In this document: one piece after another, positions 30,527 through 32,000 of the stretch | How the letters are laid out: each line of letters starts with the position of its first letter | Position numbering within the stretch: the stretch's first letter is position 1 | Assembly (NCBI GenBank): GCA_964360965.1 | Contig: CAYHYM010000003.1 | Span: 1 to 32,000, forward strand | Origin: an uncultured Gammaproteobacteria bacterium | GTDB taxonomy: Bacteria > Patescibacteriota > Microgenomatia > Daviesbacterales > UBA10151 | Direction of reading: 5' to 3' | Length of the DNA stretch: 32,000 nt | Program-made: the position numbers and the translations under genes | The notes under the pieces: model-generated | Seen by the model: only the letters and a program-made list of their open reading frames with translations | The model's database searches: none | Told to the model about the DNA's origin: nothing

Positions 30527-31186
30527 TTAAATTGTAAAGGCATTTTCCCCATCACTGGTCACTGCAAGATGGGCATGTTTGCCTTCTTTAATTTCTTTAC
30601 CAAATTGAGTAATATTTACCAGTACCTCATGTGGAGAATTGGCAATTTTAAAAACCAGCAGGTCATCCCCTCTTAAATTCATATTTTTTTTAAAAGCTTC
30701 AATAATCTCATGCCAAAATGATCCATATAAAATCAAGGGTTTGTGATGGCCAAAATATAATCTGGCCAGCCCCCAGGCCATGCCAAATTCAGAAATGGTG
30801 CCAGTCCCACCATTAAAAATAACATAAACCTGTCCTCTTTCCAAAAGTTTTAGTGTTCTTTCCACATAATTTTGAGTTATAACTTCCTCATCAACATTAT
30901 TTTGTGGATCTTTTCCTTCAAAATTTGGTATCTGTTTGGGATAAAAAGTCACTCCCACAACTTTTCCTCCACCTGCCTTTGCCCCATTGGTGGCAGCCAG
31001 CATCACTCCCGGACCACCTCCATTAACCACCAAATATCCATTTCCAGCTAAAGTTTTTGCCACCCCGTATGCATCTTTATAAAGCAGGTCTTCCTCTTTG
31101 GCATCGGCAAAACCAAAAATAGCCACCCTGTCAATTATATCCGGTTTTTGATGATCCAAAGCATTGTTGCATCCAAAATTATCCAT
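30527..31186 (-). CDS. LOG-family (TIGR00730) nucleotide phosphoribohydrolase-like protein
   Basis: 219 aa. NGGGPGVMLAA and FNGGTGTISEF correspond to the LOG GGGxGxM / PGGxGTxxE motifs. Confidence 0.75.
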   Translation of the reverse strand: MDNFGCNNALDHQKPDIIDRVAIFGFADAKEEDLLYKDAYGVAKTLAGNGYLVVNGGGPGVMLAATNGAKAGGGKVVGVTFYPKQIPNFEGKDPQNNVDEEVITQNYVERTLKLLERGQVYVIFNGGTGTISEFGMAWGLARLYFGHHKPLILYGSFWHEIIEAFKKNMNLRGDDLLVFKIANSPHEVLVNITQFGKEIKEGKHAHLAVTSDGENAFTI

Positions 31187-31823
31187 GGGTTGCCTCCAAT
31201 ATTTTTCTTAAACCTTCTTCCAGATTATCATATTTGAAAAGAGCGCCGCCCAAAACCAGATAATCTGCGCCGGCACCGTATAAAACTTTGACATTAGTTT
31301 CATTAATTCCCCCATCTACCCCGATGATCAAATCCGGCCTCAAGGTTTTTAGCTGTCCAATTTTGGGTACAACTTGCGGGATAAATTCTTGACCTCCAAA
31401 ACCAGGATTTACACCCATCACCAGCACCACATCAAGATCATACAAATATGGTTCAACTAGGTCAACAGCAGTTTCCGGATTTAATGATAATCCCACCTCT
31501 ATACCGTGATTTTTAATATGTTTAATTCTTTCTTTAACGCCCTCCGTATCTTCTACCGGAAAAATTATTCTATCTACTTTAATTTTTACCAGTTCATCAA
31601 TCCAATTTTCCGGATATTCCACCATCAGTTGCGCTTCCAGTTTTAAACTGGTTGGGTATTTTGCAATAATATCAGGCCCAATACTTTCATTTTGAACAAA
31701 TTTATTATCCATGAGGTCAATTTGTACCCATCCTTTGGCCCCAGGGCTAGTCCTTATTTTATTAAGCTTTTCTTTATACTCTTCTTCAGATGTAGCCAAA
31801 ATAGCTGGAATAATTTGAATCAT
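31179..31823 (-). CDS. rpe: ribulose-phosphate 3-epimerase
   Basis: DLMDNKFV, MGVNPGFGGQEF and VDGGIN motifs. The ORF track extends to 31850, but that would overlap the rpiB stop (31834), so I prefer the ATG at 31823 (MIQIIPAIL). Confidence 0.9.
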   Translation of the reverse strand: MIQIIPAILATSEEEYKEKLNKIRTSPGAKGWVQIDLMDNKFVQNESIGPDIIAKYPTSLKLEAQLMVEYPENWIDELVKIKVDRIIFPVEDTEGVKERIKHIKNHGIEVGLSLNPETAVDLVEPYLYDLDVVLVMGVNPGFGGQEFIPQVVPKIGQLKTLRPDLIIGVDGGINETNVKVLYGAGADYLVLGGALFKYDNLEEGLRKILEATHG

Positions 31824-31833
31824 TTGGTATAGT

Positions 31834-32000
31834 TTAGTGTTTCTCCTCAACTTCCTTCATTTCATTCAGTCTTCTAATATGGCGTTCCTCTCCATTAAAC
31901 TCTGTTTTCAAAAAAGCTTTAACAATCTCATATAAGTGCTGGTCATCCAAAGTATCAGCAGCAAGGGATATAACATTGGCGTCCTCATGCTCTCTTGCCT
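31834..32000 (-). CDS. rpiB: ribose-5-phosphate isomerase B, C-terminal fragment (5' end outside window)
   Basis: Not in the ORF track. Own translation AREHEDANVISLAADTLDDQHLYEIVKAFLKTEFNGEERHIRRLNEMKEVEEKH* matches the RpiB/LacAB C-terminal pattern (REHNDANVL...FL-T-F-GG-RH-RR). Confidence 0.75.
   Translation of the reverse strand, partial: AREHEDANVISLAADTLDDQHLYEIVKAFLKTEFNGEERHIRRLNEMKEVEEKH

Noticed and set aside
31824-31850. Longer rpe start (MRRNTKLYQ...) given by the ORF track
   Set aside because: It overlaps the rpiB stop codon at 31834-31836. The MIQIIPAIL start matches the usual Rpe N-terminus.
1-32000. CRISPR arrays, tRNA/rRNA genes, alternative genetic code (UGA recoding), inteins or introns in nrdJ
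   Set aside because: - No spaced direct-repeat array was seen.
- All intergenic gaps are 171 bp or shorter, and none shows tRNA-like T-arm or anticodon structure.
- TGA terminates well-supported genes (for example the ATPase at 17187-17189).
- NrdJ motifs are contiguous.

Overview
AT-rich, gene-dense bacterial chromosomal window with about 37 protein genes, mostly on the minus strand. I saw no rRNA, tRNA or CRISPR array, and the standard genetic code applies because TGA is used as a stop. All family calls rest on motifs I recognise in the translations; no searches were run.

Gene content in order:
- Partial hppA, lon and cobO.
- An IS200/RAYT-like HUH transposase bracketed by two 44-nt hairpin-containing repeats.
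- An nrdR, nrdJ (class II, B12-dependent), archaemetzincin-like operon with tandem NrdR boxes upstream.
- A 963-aa secreted LCAT-type lipase/acyltransferase surface protein.
- A divergent DD-carboxypeptidase / L,D-transpeptidase pair.
- A stand-alone ATP-cone protein, a CcdA/DsbD-like membrane protein and a Cys/His-rich exported protein.
- A type-II P-type cation ATPase followed by an untracked TRASH-like Cys-rich mini-ORF.
- A long minus-strand array: csoR, cupredoxin, copA, permease::cupredoxin fusion, copZ, PfkB kinase, LacD-type aldolase, 2-hydroxyacid dehydrogenase, TrxR/AhpF-like flavoprotein, two membrane proteins.
- A non-oxidative pentose-phosphate cluster: rpiB (partial), rpe, LOG, tkt N-half, GIY-YIG, DinB, tkt C-half, BtpA/SgcQ-like.

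The repertoire (split transketolase, B12 RNR, H+-PPase, compact genes) suggests a small-genome CPR/Patescibacteria-like bacterium; this is inference only.

The most unusual signal is a set of short GC-rich palindromic elements lying in frame inside housekeeping genes. One has a 13-bp perfect stem and occurs in two unrelated enzymes. A second family (CTGAGC...CGARG with covarying flanks) occurs in copA, the TrxR/AhpF-like gene, the tkt C-half and at a gene terminus. Related GTCAT hairpins bracket a GIY-YIG gene wedged between the two transketolase halves.
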